The notes under the pieces: model-generated | What the model was told of the DNA's origin: nothing | What the model saw: only the letters and a program-made list of their open reading frames with translations | The model's database searches: none | Shown here: in pieces, positions 26,825 to 37,140 of the stretch | Numbering within the stretch: position 1 is the stretch's first letter | Layout: each line of letters opens with the position of its first letter | Translations under genes and position numbers: made by a program | Assembly: GCA_041645165.1 (NCBI GenBank) | Contig: JBAZQN010000004.1 | Location: forward strand, 18,789-82,788 | DNA length: 64,000 bases | Reading direction: 5' to 3' | From: Patescibacteria group bacterium | GTDB lineage: Bacteria; Patescibacteriota; Patescibacteriia; 2-02-FULL-49-11

Positions 26825-27952
26825 CTAATACTTCGCATAACCTACCGTGAGCATATCAGACCCGATGACCTTGCGAGTAACATTTTCCAATTTAAACGCT
26901 GATTTTAAAAAGCGCGCGCCAATTCCTCCCACCGAAGAGACTGCTTCGCGGCCGCCGATCACCAAAGGAGCGTGAAACCAATATACTTTCTGTACAGCAC
27001 GGGCATCGAAAAATCGCCCTATCGTTTCGCCGCCTCCCTCCACTAACACTGAGTGAATACCACGCTCCCCCAATCGTTTGAGCAGTGCATGGATGGAAAT
27101 TTCTGTATGATTAAATTGCCACACCTCAAAATCTGATTTTCGTAATTTTTTTATCTTTGCCGTGGGCGCTCTTTCACTCACGCATACAATGACATTTTTA
27201 TCCCTCAATACTTTCGCGCGCACGGGAACCCTTGCCGCAGGATCCACGATGATCCTCACCGGATCCGGCACTCCTTTTGCCCTTGCTCCCAAATGCGGAT
27301 TATCAGAGAGCACCGTGTGAATGCCGACGAGAACTGATTGGTAGGTGCTTCTTAAATCCCGCGCATAAGTGCGTGCCGCCTGCGAGGTAATCCATTTTGA
27401 GTCGCCCATCCTTGTCGTAATTTTTCCGTCCAAACTTGTCGCGACCTTCACTGCCACAAACGGCAACCACCCTCCCCGTCTCCCCCCTGAAAGGGGGGAG
27501 GATGTGGGGGGTCGATGATAAAAAAAGAACTCCTCATTCAATCGTTCTGCTTCTCGTCGCATTATTCCCACTTGAACCTTAATACCTCCTCGCCTTAATG
27601 CCTTTATGCCATTTCCCCTGACCAACGGATTGGGATCCTGGATCGCGCATACCACCTTCTTAATGCTAGCGCTGATAATCGCTTCTATGCAGGGCGGCGT
27701 CTTGCCCCAATGGGAACATGGCTCAAGTGTGACGTAAAGCGTGGCTCCCTTGGGATTCACCCGGCACCGCGACAATGCAACCGCTTCCGCGTGCGGCCCT
27801 CCATATCTCGCATGATAGCCTTCGCCAATCACCTGCCCACTCTTGACAATCACAGCCCCTACTTGGGGATTGGGAGCCACGGCAGTCACCGTCGCGCGAC
27901 GGGCGAGCGCAAGCGCGCGAGCCATATATTTCATTTCATCTGTCCCCTTCAT
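26825..27952 (-). CDS. ribD: bifunctional riboflavin biosynthesis deaminase/reductase
   Basis: CMP/dCMP deaminase zinc motif HAEAVAL...LEPCSHWGKTPPC plus a RibD C-terminal reductase domain. In-frame palindrome insertion at 27481-27501 (PLSGGRRGGWLP). Confidence 0.9.
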   Translation of the reverse strand: MKGTDEMKYMARALALARRATVTAVAPNPQVGAVIVKSGQVIGEGYHARYGGPHAEAVALSRCRVNPKGATLYVTLEPCSHWGKTPPCIEAIISASIKKVVCAIQDPNPLVRGNGIKALRRGGIKVQVGIMRREAERLNEEFFFYHRPPTSSPLSGGRRGGWLPFVAVKVATSLDGKITTRMGDSKWITSQAARTYARDLRSTYQSVLVGIHTVLSDNPHLGARAKGVPDPVRIIVDPAARVPVRAKVLRDKNVIVCVSERAPTAKIKKLRKSDFEVWQFNHTEISIHALLKRLGERGIHSVLVEGGGETIGRFFDARAVQKVYWFHAPLVIGGREAVSSVGGIGARFLKSAFKLENVTRKVIGSDMLTVGYAKY

Positions 27953-27963
27953 AGAGAACTGCG

Positions 27964-29229
27964 TTATCTGCGATCTAAAATGGTGAGCAAATGCCCCAGC
28001 CGGTCGCGTTTGGTTTTAAGATATTTTTTGTTATATCTCCCGGGTTTCACTTCCAGCGGCACGCGCTCTACAATCTTCAATCCGTACCGGGCTATGCCGG
28101 TAATTTTCTCGGGATTATTAGTAAGCAAACGAATTTTTTTTATACCCAGATCGGCAATAATCTGTGCGCCGACATGATAATCCCGCATATCAACGGGCAG
28201 CCTTAATTTGGTATGCGCCGAAACAGTATCTTCTCCCTGATCTTGCAGCGCATACGCGCGAATCTTGTTGGTAAGCCCGATGCCGCGCCCTTCCTGATTC
28301 AGATAAATGATCGCGCCCTCACCCGCATCATTTATTTTTTGCATCGCACGCGTTAACTGCGGGCGGCAGTCGCACCGCAGGGAATGGAACGTATCGCCGG
28401 TCAGGCATTGGGAATGAACGCGCAGGAGCGTCGGTTTTCCCGCTACAGGCTTTCCCTTCACCAGCGCGACATGTTCAATACCGCTGATGAGCGAACGATA
28501 CACATACATCTTGAACGTGCCGAGCTCTGTGGGGAGCGAAGCGCTCGCAACCCGGCGCACCAATGGTTCGCGTGCGCGACGATACGCAATTAATTCAGCG
28601 ATGGTAAGATAAGGCAAATGATGATGGCGTGCAATATGTTTCAACTGCGCGCGCCGCGCTGATCTTCCACTTTTCTCTAAAATCTCACAGACCACTGCGA
28701 CGGGTTTCAATCCCGCAAGCTGCATCAGGTCAACGGCCGCTTCCGTGTGCCCTGCCCGATAGAGCGTGCCGCCGGGATAACTTCTTAATGGGAAAACATG
28801 CCCGGGACGGGCAAGGTCATAGGGGCGCGTGCGAGGATTTGCCAACGCCCGTATCGTCGTCGCGCGATCATAAGCAGATATGCCTGTGGTGATTCCTCGC
28901 TTTGCGTCCACTGATACGGTAAATTCGCAATGCGTCACCTCATTATTCTCTTCCTCAGGCACCATCGGAGGCAAGTGCAGCTCTTCCGCGCGTTCCCGTG
29001 TCATAGGTACGCACACAATTCCTCGGCCTACTTTAAGAAAAAAATTGATCGTTTTGGGTGTCGCAAATTCTGCAGCCATGACGAAATCACCCTCATTCTC
29101 CCGCTTCTCATCATCAGCCACAATAATTATTTTTTCACGCTTCAGCGCGTGCAATGCTGATTCAATTTTCTTATAGTTTTCCATAGATCGTGTACGAAAT
29201 CCAAAAACTCTAGAATTTTCAACACTCAA
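27964..29229 (-). CDS. ribBA: bifunctional 3,4-dihydroxy-2-butanone-4-phosphate synthase / GTP cyclohydrolase II
   Basis: RibB ENEGDFV plus the RibA zinc site CLTGDTFHSLRCDC. 421 aa. Confidence 0.9.
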   Translation of the reverse strand: MSVENSRVFGFRTRSMENYKKIESALHALKREKIIIVADDEKRENEGDFVMAAEFATPKTINFFLKVGRGIVCVPMTRERAEELHLPPMVPEEENNEVTHCEFTVSVDAKRGITTGISAYDRATTIRALANPRTRPYDLARPGHVFPLRSYPGGTLYRAGHTEAAVDLMQLAGLKPVAVVCEILEKSGRSARRAQLKHIARHHHLPYLTIAELIAYRRAREPLVRRVASASLPTELGTFKMYVYRSLISGIEHVALVKGKPVAGKPTLLRVHSQCLTGDTFHSLRCDCRPQLTRAMQKINDAGEGAIIYLNQEGRGIGLTNKIRAYALQDQGEDTVSAHTKLRLPVDMRDYHVGAQIIADLGIKKIRLLTNNPEKITGIARYGLKIVERVPLEVKPGRYNKKYLKTKRDRLGHLLTILDRR

Positions 29230-29369
29230 TTTTCAATTTTTCCCCCGACTTGTCGGGGGATCCCGTTGCGGCGGGACAATCAATATCTCAATGTCACAAT
29301 TTTCAAACGTTTGATAATTGTTTCATTGAAATTAAATGAAAATTGAAGCTTGAAAATTATCAAAACAGT
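29190..29369. repeat. AT-rich hairpin-rich intergenic element between ribBA and ribH (contains cccccgacttgtcggggg and cccgttgcggcgggacaa hairpins)
   Basis: It shares words with the 9778, 12795, 37141 and 62866 elements (cgaaatccaaaaactc; aattttcaa; gcgggacaa). Confidence 0.55.
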
Positions 29370-29849
29370 TTAGGGTTGAGAGTTTAAATTTTTCATCAAT
29401 GTGACCATTTCCACTGCCGCGTTTGCCACTTCGTATCCTTTATTGTCCTTACCCTGCCCTGACCGCGCATCGGCCTGCTCAAGAGTATCGGTGGTGAGCA
29501 CGCCAAACAAGACCGGCATGTGCGCGCGGAGATTCAGCTCCATGATACCCGAGGATACGGCGCGGGAAATATACTCAAAGTGCGGCGTTTCGCCGCGGAT
29601 AACGACGCCAAGGCAGATAACGGCATCTGCCGCTTGTCTCTCTGCGACCACCGCGGCAACAAGGGGGATCTCAAATGCGCCCGGCACATAATACGCGACA
29701 ATATCCTTTTCCGCCACACCGGCTTCTTCGAGCGCTTTTCTGGCGCCCCGCTCAAGCCCCTTCGTCACCTGCTCATTAAAACGCGACATGATGAGCGCGA
29801 ATTTCATGCCTTTCCCAGATAGGTTTTTTGAAAATATATTATTTTCCAT
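29370..29849 (-). CDS. ribH: 6,7-dimethyl-8-ribityllumazine synthase
   Basis: MKFALIMSRFNEQVTKGL...; ~159 aa lumazine synthase fold. Confidence 0.9.
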   Translation of the reverse strand: MENNIFSKNLSGKGMKFALIMSRFNEQVTKGLERGARKALEEAGVAEKDIVAYYVPGAFEIPLVAAVVAERQAADAVICLGVVIRGETPHFEYISRAVSSGIMELNLRAHMPVLFGVLTTDTLEQADARSGQGKDNKGYEVANAAVEMVTLMKNLNSQP

Positions 29850-30432
29850 AGGTCATGAGTCTGTCAAGATAACGCGCAAGAATATCAACCTCAATATTCA
29901 CCATATCCCCGACATGCCAATTCCCAAGGACAGTATGGGTAAGCGTATACGGAATGAGTGCTACCGTAAAGACCTTGCCACGCACACGGGCAACCGTAAG
30001 ACTAATACCGTCAATTGCAACGGCTCCTTGAGCTGCAATATAACGCATAAACGATTGAGGAACTTTGATGATCATACGAACCTCTCTCTGTCGTCGTACC
30101 ACCCTCAAGACCTTTCCCACCCCATCAATATGACCAGTCACAAAATGCCCACTCATCTCATCGCCGCTGCGTAATGGGCGCTCGAGATTCACCTTATCGC
30201 CGACACGCCAACAGTGAAAGGTAGTACGGCGACCTGTCTCGGGCATAATGTCCACCGTACACTGCCGACTTTTGTATTCCACGACGCTCACGCATATACC
30301 GTTCACCGCCAATGACATACCCTGTATCAATGTCCCAAAACCAGACGGCAAATCGACCGTAAGCCGCCAGCCATCCGTAGTCGGGACAATGCGCCGTATC
30401 GTACCTAATGATTGAACAATACCAGTAAACAT
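29839..30432 (-). CDS. ribE: riboflavin synthase alpha subunit
   Basis: MFTGIVQSLG...SLAVNGICVSV / SLTVARV duplicated lumazine-binding repeats. Confidence 0.9.
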   Translation of the reverse strand: MFTGIVQSLGTIRRIVPTTDGWRLTVDLPSGFGTLIQGMSLAVNGICVSVVEYKSRQCTVDIMPETGRRTTFHCWRVGDKVNLERPLRSGDEMSGHFVTGHIDGVGKVLRVVRRQREVRMIIKVPQSFMRYIAAQGAVAIDGISLTVARVRGKVFTVALIPYTLTHTVLGNWHVGDMVNIEVDILARYLDRLMTYGK

Positions 30433-30532
30433 AACAAATTATGATCGTGGCGATAGTTACCCTTATTCTACCTTCTTTCTGGTCTCACGAAAATACCACG
30501 AACGACCGGCTTTTGCTATACTCATTACCAAT

Positions 30533-31735
30533 ATGCTGAAAAAAGCAACAATCCTGGGTATTAAAAGGAACGTGTTCTTCTTGAGCGTGGTGTCGCTTCT
30601 TAATGACGCGTCCTCTGACATGATCTATCCTTTGATCCCGCTGTTTTTGTCTTCCGTGCTCGGCGCGAGCTATACCACCATCGGCATCATTGAAGGCATC
30701 GCGGAAAGCACTGCCGCGACACTGCGCATCTTCTCCGGGGCATTGTCGGATCGCCTAAAAAAAAGAAAAATATTTGCGGTCATCGGCTACAGCTTTTCCA
30801 CGGTGGTGAAACCAATACTTGCGGTCGCCACCATGCCGTGGCACGTGCTGGTCGTGAGATTTTTGGACCGGGCCGGCAAAGCCACCCGCTCAGCCCCGCG
30901 CGATGCCTTGATCGCGGATTCCATTGAGGCGACGGAGCGCGGCAAGTCATTCGGCTTCCACAAAATGATGGATACCATGGGCGCGGCCATTGGCCCCTTG
31001 TTCGCCTTTATGCTCCTACGAGTGTTCCAAGGCAATTTCCGCCCTGTGTTCCTCTTGTCATTTGTCGCAGGCGCGGTCGCGGTGGGCACGCTTATTCTGT
31101 TCACCTCTGATGCCACACAAGTGTTCCTCCACCCGATCCAAGACCCTGTGAAAGCAAAATTCGCCCCGCACCATTTGAAAGAATTGCTGCGCGGGCCCTT
31201 TCTCCTCTTTCTTGCCGCGTCCACTTTGTTCGCGCTCGGCAATGCGTCTGACGCGTTTCTCCTTTTGCGCGCGCAGAACCTTGGCGTCGCAACTGCCCTT
31301 ATCCCAATCATTTACTTCGTGTTCAATATTGTCTTTGCGGGTTTTTCGTACCCCTTAGGTAGACTCTCTGACAAAATAAACCGCAAGACGCTCATCATCG
31401 CGGGGTATTTTATTTTTATTTTGGTATACCTTGGATTTGCCAATGCGACCGCCCCATGGCATGCGTGGGCGCTGTTCGGGGCGTACGGACTCTACTTCGC
31501 CTTCACTGAAGGAGTGCAGAAGGCGCTCATTGCCGACTTCGTGCCTGAAACGCTGCGCGCAACCGCCTATGGCGCCTTTAACACGCTTACCGGACTCGCA
31601 CTCCTTCCCGCAAGCATCATCGCAGGATCTCTATGGCAGCGCTTTGGCGCTCAAGCTCCTTTCCTCTGGGGCAGCTTCACTGCCATTGGCGCCATCCTCT
31701 TATTCCTACCGCTGTTCTCCCATAAAAGAGAGTAA
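30533..31735 (+). CDS. MFS transporter
   Basis: 12 predicted TMs. The D-R-x-G-K-like motif RFLDRAGKATR between TM2 and TM3. Confidence 0.8.
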   Translation: MLKKATILGIKRNVFFLSVVSLLNDASSDMIYPLIPLFLSSVLGASYTTIGIIEGIAESTAATLRIFSGALSDRLKKRKIFAVIGYSFSTVVKPILAVATMPWHVLVVRFLDRAGKATRSAPRDALIADSIEATERGKSFGFHKMMDTMGAAIGPLFAFMLLRVFQGNFRPVFLLSFVAGAVAVGTLILFTSDATQVFLHPIQDPVKAKFAPHHLKELLRGPFLLFLAASTLFALGNASDAFLLLRAQNLGVATALIPIIYFVFNIVFAGFSYPLGRLSDKINRKTLIIAGYFIFILVYLGFANATAPWHAWALFGAYGLYFAFTEGVQKALIADFVPETLRATAYGAFNTLTGLALLPASIIAGSLWQRFGAQAPFLWGSFTAIGAILLFLPLFSHKRE

Positions 31736-32003
31736 CAGCGTAAATCCGTGAGATAACCTTTCTCCAATATATAGAGATATCATATTGCGAATGAGTACTT
31801 GAGTGAACACGAGCGAAGGCGCGCCACAATTCGCCGTGAGGATTGTGTGAGCAAGCCCCGATAAGCTGTGGAAATTGTAAATGGAGGCTTATCGGGGCGG
31901 TCCCGCCAGGGATGCGAGTTCCGCAACCAGAATTGGGGTGCGCCCGAGCAGAAGTCCTGTTGCATGGTGTGAGTTCTATAACTACACTCCTGTAAAAAGA
32001 ACT

Positions 32004-32035
32004 CTCTCCCTAGGGGGAGAGAATTCTTATTTTCA
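32004..32035. terminator. bidirectional terminator-like hairpin ctctccc-tagg-gggagag followed by a T-run, between convergent genes
   Basis: A member of the GC palindrome family, followed by aattcttatttt. Confidence 0.4.
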
Positions 32036-32059
32036 GCAACGCCGTTGCCTGCAAATTAA

Positions 32060-34036
32060 TTATTGCGCCGGTAGGGTTGCCGGTTGGCCTGCGCCTGTGG
32101 GAGGAACTGTTTGCCCTTGGAACATGCCCTGCCCTTGAGGATTAAATCCGCCTCCTCCCATAAATCCCTGGCCTCCATTCTCTCCATCCATTACTTCCTG
32201 CTTTTCAAATCCCTGCGGTAACTGGAAATTGTAATTTACTCCCTTATCCGCTCTCACCGTCGGCATATATTCAGCGCCTCCACGCAGCTGATCAAGCGTA
32301 TCAGAGATTTGCTCTTTGGTCGCAAATACTGATTCTACCTTATCGATAAGGTCATCAGCGGTAAAATTCTTTGAAGCTACTAGTTGCTTTAGCTCTTCAA
32401 TCTGTGCTTTGAGCGCCGTGAGCAACTCCTCTGCGCCGCTGGTGTCAATTTTCTTGCTCTTAAACTTCTTAATCTGCTGCTCAAAAGTTTTTATCTCCTG
32501 CTTCGCGCTCGTTAATCCTTTGCTTACATTGAGCGCCATTTCCACGGAAGTGCGCGCGTTCTTCACATTATCCATCTGTCCGTAAAAATCATCTTCAATC
32601 TTTTCTAGCGCCGCTTCGGGATCTGTTGTGGTAAGAGCTTTGGCATCCTTAAGCGCAGTGCCCAGCAGCGATACTTCCTGCTTATATTGATTCAAAAATT
32701 CCGTGAGATCTACTTTCTTGTTTGCCTTTACCTGTTTTTCAATACGAGTCGCATCGCGTTCTGCGGTCTTAATATCTTTCTCGGCTTGCTTCACCATACC
32801 GCAAATCCTCGTAAGGTTACCGAGCTTCGGCCCCCACTCCTGCATCACCGATCCCACATCTTCAATATCAGTAATGACCTCCTCGAGCGCATCCGCGGTC
32901 TCTGCCGCTTGAATTTTGGTAACCATGCCGTCAGCAGCGCTTAAGGCATTTGATAATTCTTCCGGAAGACCGACTCCGCATTTTTGCAGTTTCGTTTTGA
33001 TCTTCGCGACACTCGTCTTCATCATTTTAACCCCCTTCGCGAATTGTCCCATCCCTTGCTTCATCTGCTTGAAACGCATTTCATCCATTTTCTTCATTTG
33101 CTCTTCCGACGGGCCGCCTTGCTCTCCTTGACCGAATTGCCCTCCTTGATCGCCCTGCCCAAACCCTCCTTGATTACCAGGGCCAAATCCTTGACCACCG
33201 CCCCATTGAGTATTCCCTCCATTTCCTCCGGGACCGCCCATGCCCCCGCCTTGGCTTTGATTGTAATTACTACAAGGACCTGGCATATCAACGCCATTCA
33301 CGCGGCAGGTCGTGGTCTGCGGTTCATTGTAGCCAGCCCCACCAGAGCCACCAGTGCCCATCGGACCAGGCTGATACTGGCCGCCGGACGGAGGTTGATA
33401 TCCGCCAGAAGGCTGGTTGTACATTCCTTGATCGCCGCTTGGCGGTGGTGGCACACCTCCGCTTGAACCGCTCGGCGGGGGCGGCATGCTGCCGTCTTGC
33501 GCGGCATTCACCGTACTCTCTCCTAACACTGCACCTCCCAAGATATAGGTCACATACGTTTTCTTTGACTCGGGACTTTGCATGAGCGCAATACGCACTG
33601 CAGAACCATTCTTAGTAAACGTAAGTCCGTCATCGCTTTGTCGCCAACAATGCTGGCTTAAATTTTGAGAATAAAAAGAAGCAACTGATTCTGGCGTTGC
33701 TTTCATGGTATAGATAACGTGTGCGCCGTTCCCGTCGAAGCTGATCCGCTTGGCAGTATCGTATAAAGGCACGTTCGTGATGAGTCCGCGCACTTCCTGT
33801 CCTTGTGGTACACTCGCGCATACTATTCTCCCCTCTGCGCTATGTGCGACACGCTGTGATGCCCAGAGTGAGCTGATCGGCTCTGCACTCGTCATCTCGC
33901 TGTACTGGCTCGAGATGAGCGATGCAGCAAAAAGCGATGCTGCGCCGACCACAGCAATGCCGGATATTGCTTTTAGCATATGTTTTTGTTTTAATTTTCG
34001 GCTCACGCTACCGAAATGCTTAGTAATTACGTTCAT
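32060..34036 (-). CDS. secreted protein with a long G/Q/P-rich low-complexity region and a C-terminal coiled-coil. Start taken at an internal Met giving the signal peptide
   Basis: Signal peptide MLKAISGIAVVGAASLFAAS. A GGxGxG/QGG repeat block. KEL-rich heptad-like region. Confidence 0.5.
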   Translation of the reverse strand: MNVITKHFGSVSRKLKQKHMLKAISGIAVVGAASLFAASLISSQYSEMTSAEPISSLWASQRVAHSAEGRIVCASVPQGQEVRGLITNVPLYDTAKRISFDGNGAHVIYTMKATPESVASFYSQNLSQHCWRQSDDGLTFTKNGSAVRIALMQSPESKKTYVTYILGGAVLGESTVNAAQDGSMPPPPSGSSGGVPPPPSGDQGMYNQPSGGYQPPSGGQYQPGPMGTGGSGGAGYNEPQTTTCRVNGVDMPGPCSNYNQSQGGGMGGPGGNGGNTQWGGGQGFGPGNQGGFGQGDQGGQFGQGEQGGPSEEQMKKMDEMRFKQMKQGMGQFAKGVKMMKTSVAKIKTKLQKCGVGLPEELSNALSAADGMVTKIQAAETADALEEVITDIEDVGSVMQEWGPKLGNLTRICGMVKQAEKDIKTAERDATRIEKQVKANKKVDLTEFLNQYKQEVSLLGTALKDAKALTTTDPEAALEKIEDDFYGQMDNVKNARTSVEMALNVSKGLTSAKQEIKTFEQQIKKFKSKKIDTSGAEELLTALKAQIEELKQLVASKNFTADDLIDKVESVFATKEQISDTLDQLRGGAEYMPTVRADKGVNYNFQLPQGFEKQEVMDGENGGQGFMGGGGFNPQGQGMFQGQTVPPTGAGQPATLPAQ

Positions 34037-34076
34037 TATAACACGGATTTCACCAAAATGCAACTTTATTATCCAT

Positions 34077-34457
34077 TCAATCTAAGCGGGTCGTGTTATT
34101 TTCTTTTTTAAACCAATTTATAAAAAATAAAATTCCAATAAAAAATGCAGGTCCCGCAATAATGAGCGACCAAGATATCATATACCATTCAAATGGACTC
34201 ATCATGAGCATAATAATATAGAGCACTCCGGCGAGTGTAAAAGCAATTCCTCCCACTATTTCATATTTCCATGAGATTAAGAGAACTGCCAATAAAATAA
34301 ACGCGGGAATATTGTGCATCAACAGTCCTACAATTGTTTGCCAAAAGCCAAGCTTTAACTCAAAAACATCTAATGAAAACAACACGAGGAAGAGGATGAA
34401 CATGATCGATAAGCCCCTTGGCGTCCAATATATAAATTTGCTAACCCTTTTTTCCAT
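34077..34457 (-). CDS. small membrane protein (4 TM), in an AT-rich island
   Basis: Strongly hydrophobic 126 aa. The codon usage is AT-rich like its neighbour. Confidence 0.4.
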   Translation of the reverse strand: MEKRVSKFIYWTPRGLSIMFILFLVLFSLDVFELKLGFWQTIVGLLMHNIPAFILLAVLLISWKYEIVGGIAFTLAGVLYIIMLMMSPFEWYMISWSLIIAGPAFFIGILFFINWFKKENNTTRLD

Positions 34458-34495
34458 ATTTCTGCATTAGGAAATATCAATATCTGGGGCTATTT

Positions 34496-36001
34496 TTATT
34501 TTAAAATTATATTGTCTTGTATCTCGGAAACTTCACTCACTTCAGCTCCATATCTCTTTATAATACTCAAAGTGTTGTTATCGATATAAAAATTAAACTC
34601 CTCACTACCATTTTTCTTTTGTAATTCAACGGCTTTATTGTAAAAAGTATAATTCTTGCCAACATTAATTTTTATTAAAACTCCACCAGCCATACTTAGT
34701 AGCGACTCACCAATACTCGGCCCCCTTTCTTCTAAAAATCCTATGAAGCCCGCACCTTGCCACATGGTTGGCATGTCCATATTATAAAAAGAATACTTAA
34801 TAACTGGATCAGGAGATATGATGTCGCTGTATTTATCTAAGAATTTAAAATACAGCGCAGCGTTTTTACTGCCAAAAAATTCATGACTCACGTTAAGCTC
34901 TAACTTAACTAAAGCAGAAGAGTTATTTTTAATTTCGTCTAACTCTCTTAAGTACTTTTCTAATACTTCAACATTCTGATTCAATTCAATTAATTTTTCG
35001 CCGCTTAATTTAGCTATTGATATGCCGACTAGCTTCACTATTAGACCATCATCTTTATCGCGAATTAATTGGTCACCAAATAATAATAGCTGATAAAGAT
35101 TTTCTTTTGCCTGCGAAAATTGATTGTGTGAAATTTGCTCATCCGTCAATTTAATAATCCCACGACTGAATGCACGCAAATTATTTAAAGGTACAATCAT
35201 ACTGTTACGATATAATATTATATCATCTGGCATATATTCTTCTGACAAACTCAAATACCCGGCTTGATTTAACAGGCGTAATACTTCCAGGTCGCCTTCA
35301 CTAGGTATAATATAATTAAAAGCACTTACTTCTGTATCATCCTTTTGTTGTTTCCTATTATTCAAATTATTTATGAGTTCAATAAATTTTGTCGCCGAGT
35401 TACCGTTTCGATCAAAACTATATCCCGTAATATTATTTATATTAATAGTGGGATATAGATAGAAATCTTCCTGAATGTCTGCATTTTTATAATTTTTGTT
35501 AAAGTTAATTCTATAAAGATAGAAATTCGCAGTATAACTAACAACTAGTAATAAAGTAATAGCAACAAATATTTTTCTACGCTTTTTTAAAATAAAAACA
35601 GAATATATAATATTTAAATAAACATAATTAAAAAAACAAATAAGTACAATATATACATAAAAAGGTGTGTGGTATGTGCTTGATATATTACTCGAATTAA
35701 GATAGAAAAAAGCAAATAACGTACCTAAAATTAATTGCAGTAATACCGTGGCAGTAATCAATTTTGAAATATTATTTTGAACTAACTCTTTGTTATTTTT
35801 ATTTAATATTTTAATAGTAAGAATAAATGCAACAGCTATAAATAAGATCTTAACAATTATACTAATTAGAAGAATGTTCAATAGTCTGACTGTTGAATAG
35901 CCTGATAGATTTAAAAGGGTGCTATAAGCACCATAAAGCAAACCGTAAAGCAGTCCATTCAAAAATAACATTTTTATTAATAATAATGTAAATTTTTTCA
36001 T
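34496..36001 (-). CDS. hypothetical membrane protein (N-terminal ~6 TM plus a large N/K/I/Y-rich soluble domain), in an AT-rich island
   Basis: 501-aa ORF with composition sharply different from the flanking genes. Confidence 0.5.
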   Translation of the reverse strand: MKKFTLLLIKMLFLNGLLYGLLYGAYSTLLNLSGYSTVRLLNILLISIIVKILFIAVAFILTIKILNKNNKELVQNNISKLITATVLLQLILGTLFAFFYLNSSNISSTYHTPFYVYIVLICFFNYVYLNIIYSVFILKKRRKIFVAITLLLVVSYTANFYLYRINFNKNYKNADIQEDFYLYPTININNITGYSFDRNGNSATKFIELINNLNNRKQQKDDTEVSAFNYIIPSEGDLEVLRLLNQAGYLSLSEEYMPDDIILYRNSMIVPLNNLRAFSRGIIKLTDEQISHNQFSQAKENLYQLLLFGDQLIRDKDDGLIVKLVGISIAKLSGEKLIELNQNVEVLEKYLRELDEIKNNSSALVKLELNVSHEFFGSKNAALYFKFLDKYSDIISPDPVIKYSFYNMDMPTMWQGAGFIGFLEERGPSIGESLLSMAGGVLIKINVGKNYTFYNKAVELQKKNGSEEFNFYIDNNTLSIIKRYGAEVSEVSEIQDNIILK

Positions 36002-36215
36002 AAATAATTTAAAAATAATAAAACTCCGTATGTGATTAGTATACCAAATTTGAGACTGTAGAACAATACTTTTGAGAATGTTTTTTCAAGAAAACGAGTC
36101 GTTTAAATCGTGTAATAAGGGCTTAAAATTTCCGAAAGTCGAAAAATAGCTACCTTCGTTTGAGTTTTTCTACTGTCTCAAATTTGCATGACATGATATG
36201 TAGAATCAAAAAACA

Positions 36216-37136
36216 TTACATTCCGCGCGCAAGTTTTAAGGCGCCCATGTAGGGAGGCTTTTTTAGAAGCACGATGTGCACCTTTGGCGCCGTGTGGTGC
36301 ACAGCTTTTTTGAACGATGACAAGAGAATGTCGCCTGCCTGAAATACGCCTCCCCAGAGGATTAAGTCAAACGCGCGCGAGGAAAGCCCAGATCTCCGTA
36401 TGACCGCACACGCCATTGAGCCAAGCTCAAGGGCGGCGTGCGCGACGATACTGCGCGCCACTTTATCGCCGCGATGAGCGGCGCGCACGCACAGAGGCGC
36501 CAATGCCGCGAGAGAAGTTTTATTGAATGAGGAAGTGTAAACTTTGTCCACGGCTTCGCGCATGTTCTTCACTCCAAGCTGTCTACAGAGCAACGGTTCA
36601 AGCGCACTGCGCCCTCCCCTGCCGTCAAAACTTTTCACCGCAGCCCGCAAGGTCTCGCTCCCTATCGCATACGCGCTTCCCTCATCAGAGAGCAAGGAGC
36701 CCAAGCCCCCTGCATAAGCCTCGCCCTTAGGCCCCACTGCATACGCGTTTGATCCTGTGCCTGCAATCACTGCTACGCCATATGGTTTATCAGTGCCTGC
36801 GGCAAGCGCAATCACGACATCATTTACCACTCTGAAACGATCTCCAATCTTTTTCTTAAAATGCTTGAAAATTTTCTGCGATAACATCTGCCAATCCTGC
36901 AGAGAGTCAACGCCCGACAGCCCAAATACTGCATACGCGTACGACGGAAATTTTACACACGCCTTTTTCTCCGCGGCGAACAACGCCTTCCGAATATTTT
37001 CCATCGCCCCTTTCAATCCTGCGACTTTATACAAAGAAGGGCCAGCAATTCCCGTCCCCACCACTTTTCCATGTTCATTCGCAATCGCTGCGGCCGTGCT
37101 CGTACCTCCCCCGTCTACTCCAAGATAATAATGCAT
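36216..37136 (-). CDS. BadF/BadG/BcrA/BcrD-type ATPase (N-acetylglucosamine-kinase-like sugar kinase)
   Basis: LGVDGGGTST phosphate-1 motif. IAGTGSNAY and a GGG tail, typical of the ASKHA fold. Confidence 0.65.
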   Translation of the reverse strand: MHYYLGVDGGGTSTAAAIANEHGKVVGTGIAGPSLYKVAGLKGAMENIRKALFAAEKKACVKFPSYAYAVFGLSGVDSLQDWQMLSQKIFKHFKKKIGDRFRVVNDVVIALAAGTDKPYGVAVIAGTGSNAYAVGPKGEAYAGGLGSLLSDEGSAYAIGSETLRAAVKSFDGRGGRSALEPLLCRQLGVKNMREAVDKVYTSSFNKTSLAALAPLCVRAAHRGDKVARSIVAHAALELGSMACAVIRRSGLSSRAFDLILWGGVFQAGDILLSSFKKAVHHTAPKVHIVLLKKPPYMGALKLARGM

Positions 37137-37140
37137 AAAT

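Noticed and set aside
30433-30532. FMN riboswitch upstream of ribE
   Set aside because: The spacer is too short (~100 nt) and lacks the conserved RFN stems. It contains the -10 (TATACT) of the divergent MFS gene instead.
31740-31995. Possible SRP/4.5S-like RNA (hairpin ccccgataagc...gcttatcgggg) between the MFS gene and its terminator
   Set aside because: No match to the SRP domain IV consensus (GGAAG..AGCAG symmetric loops) that I could verify by eye. More likely a 3' UTR structure.
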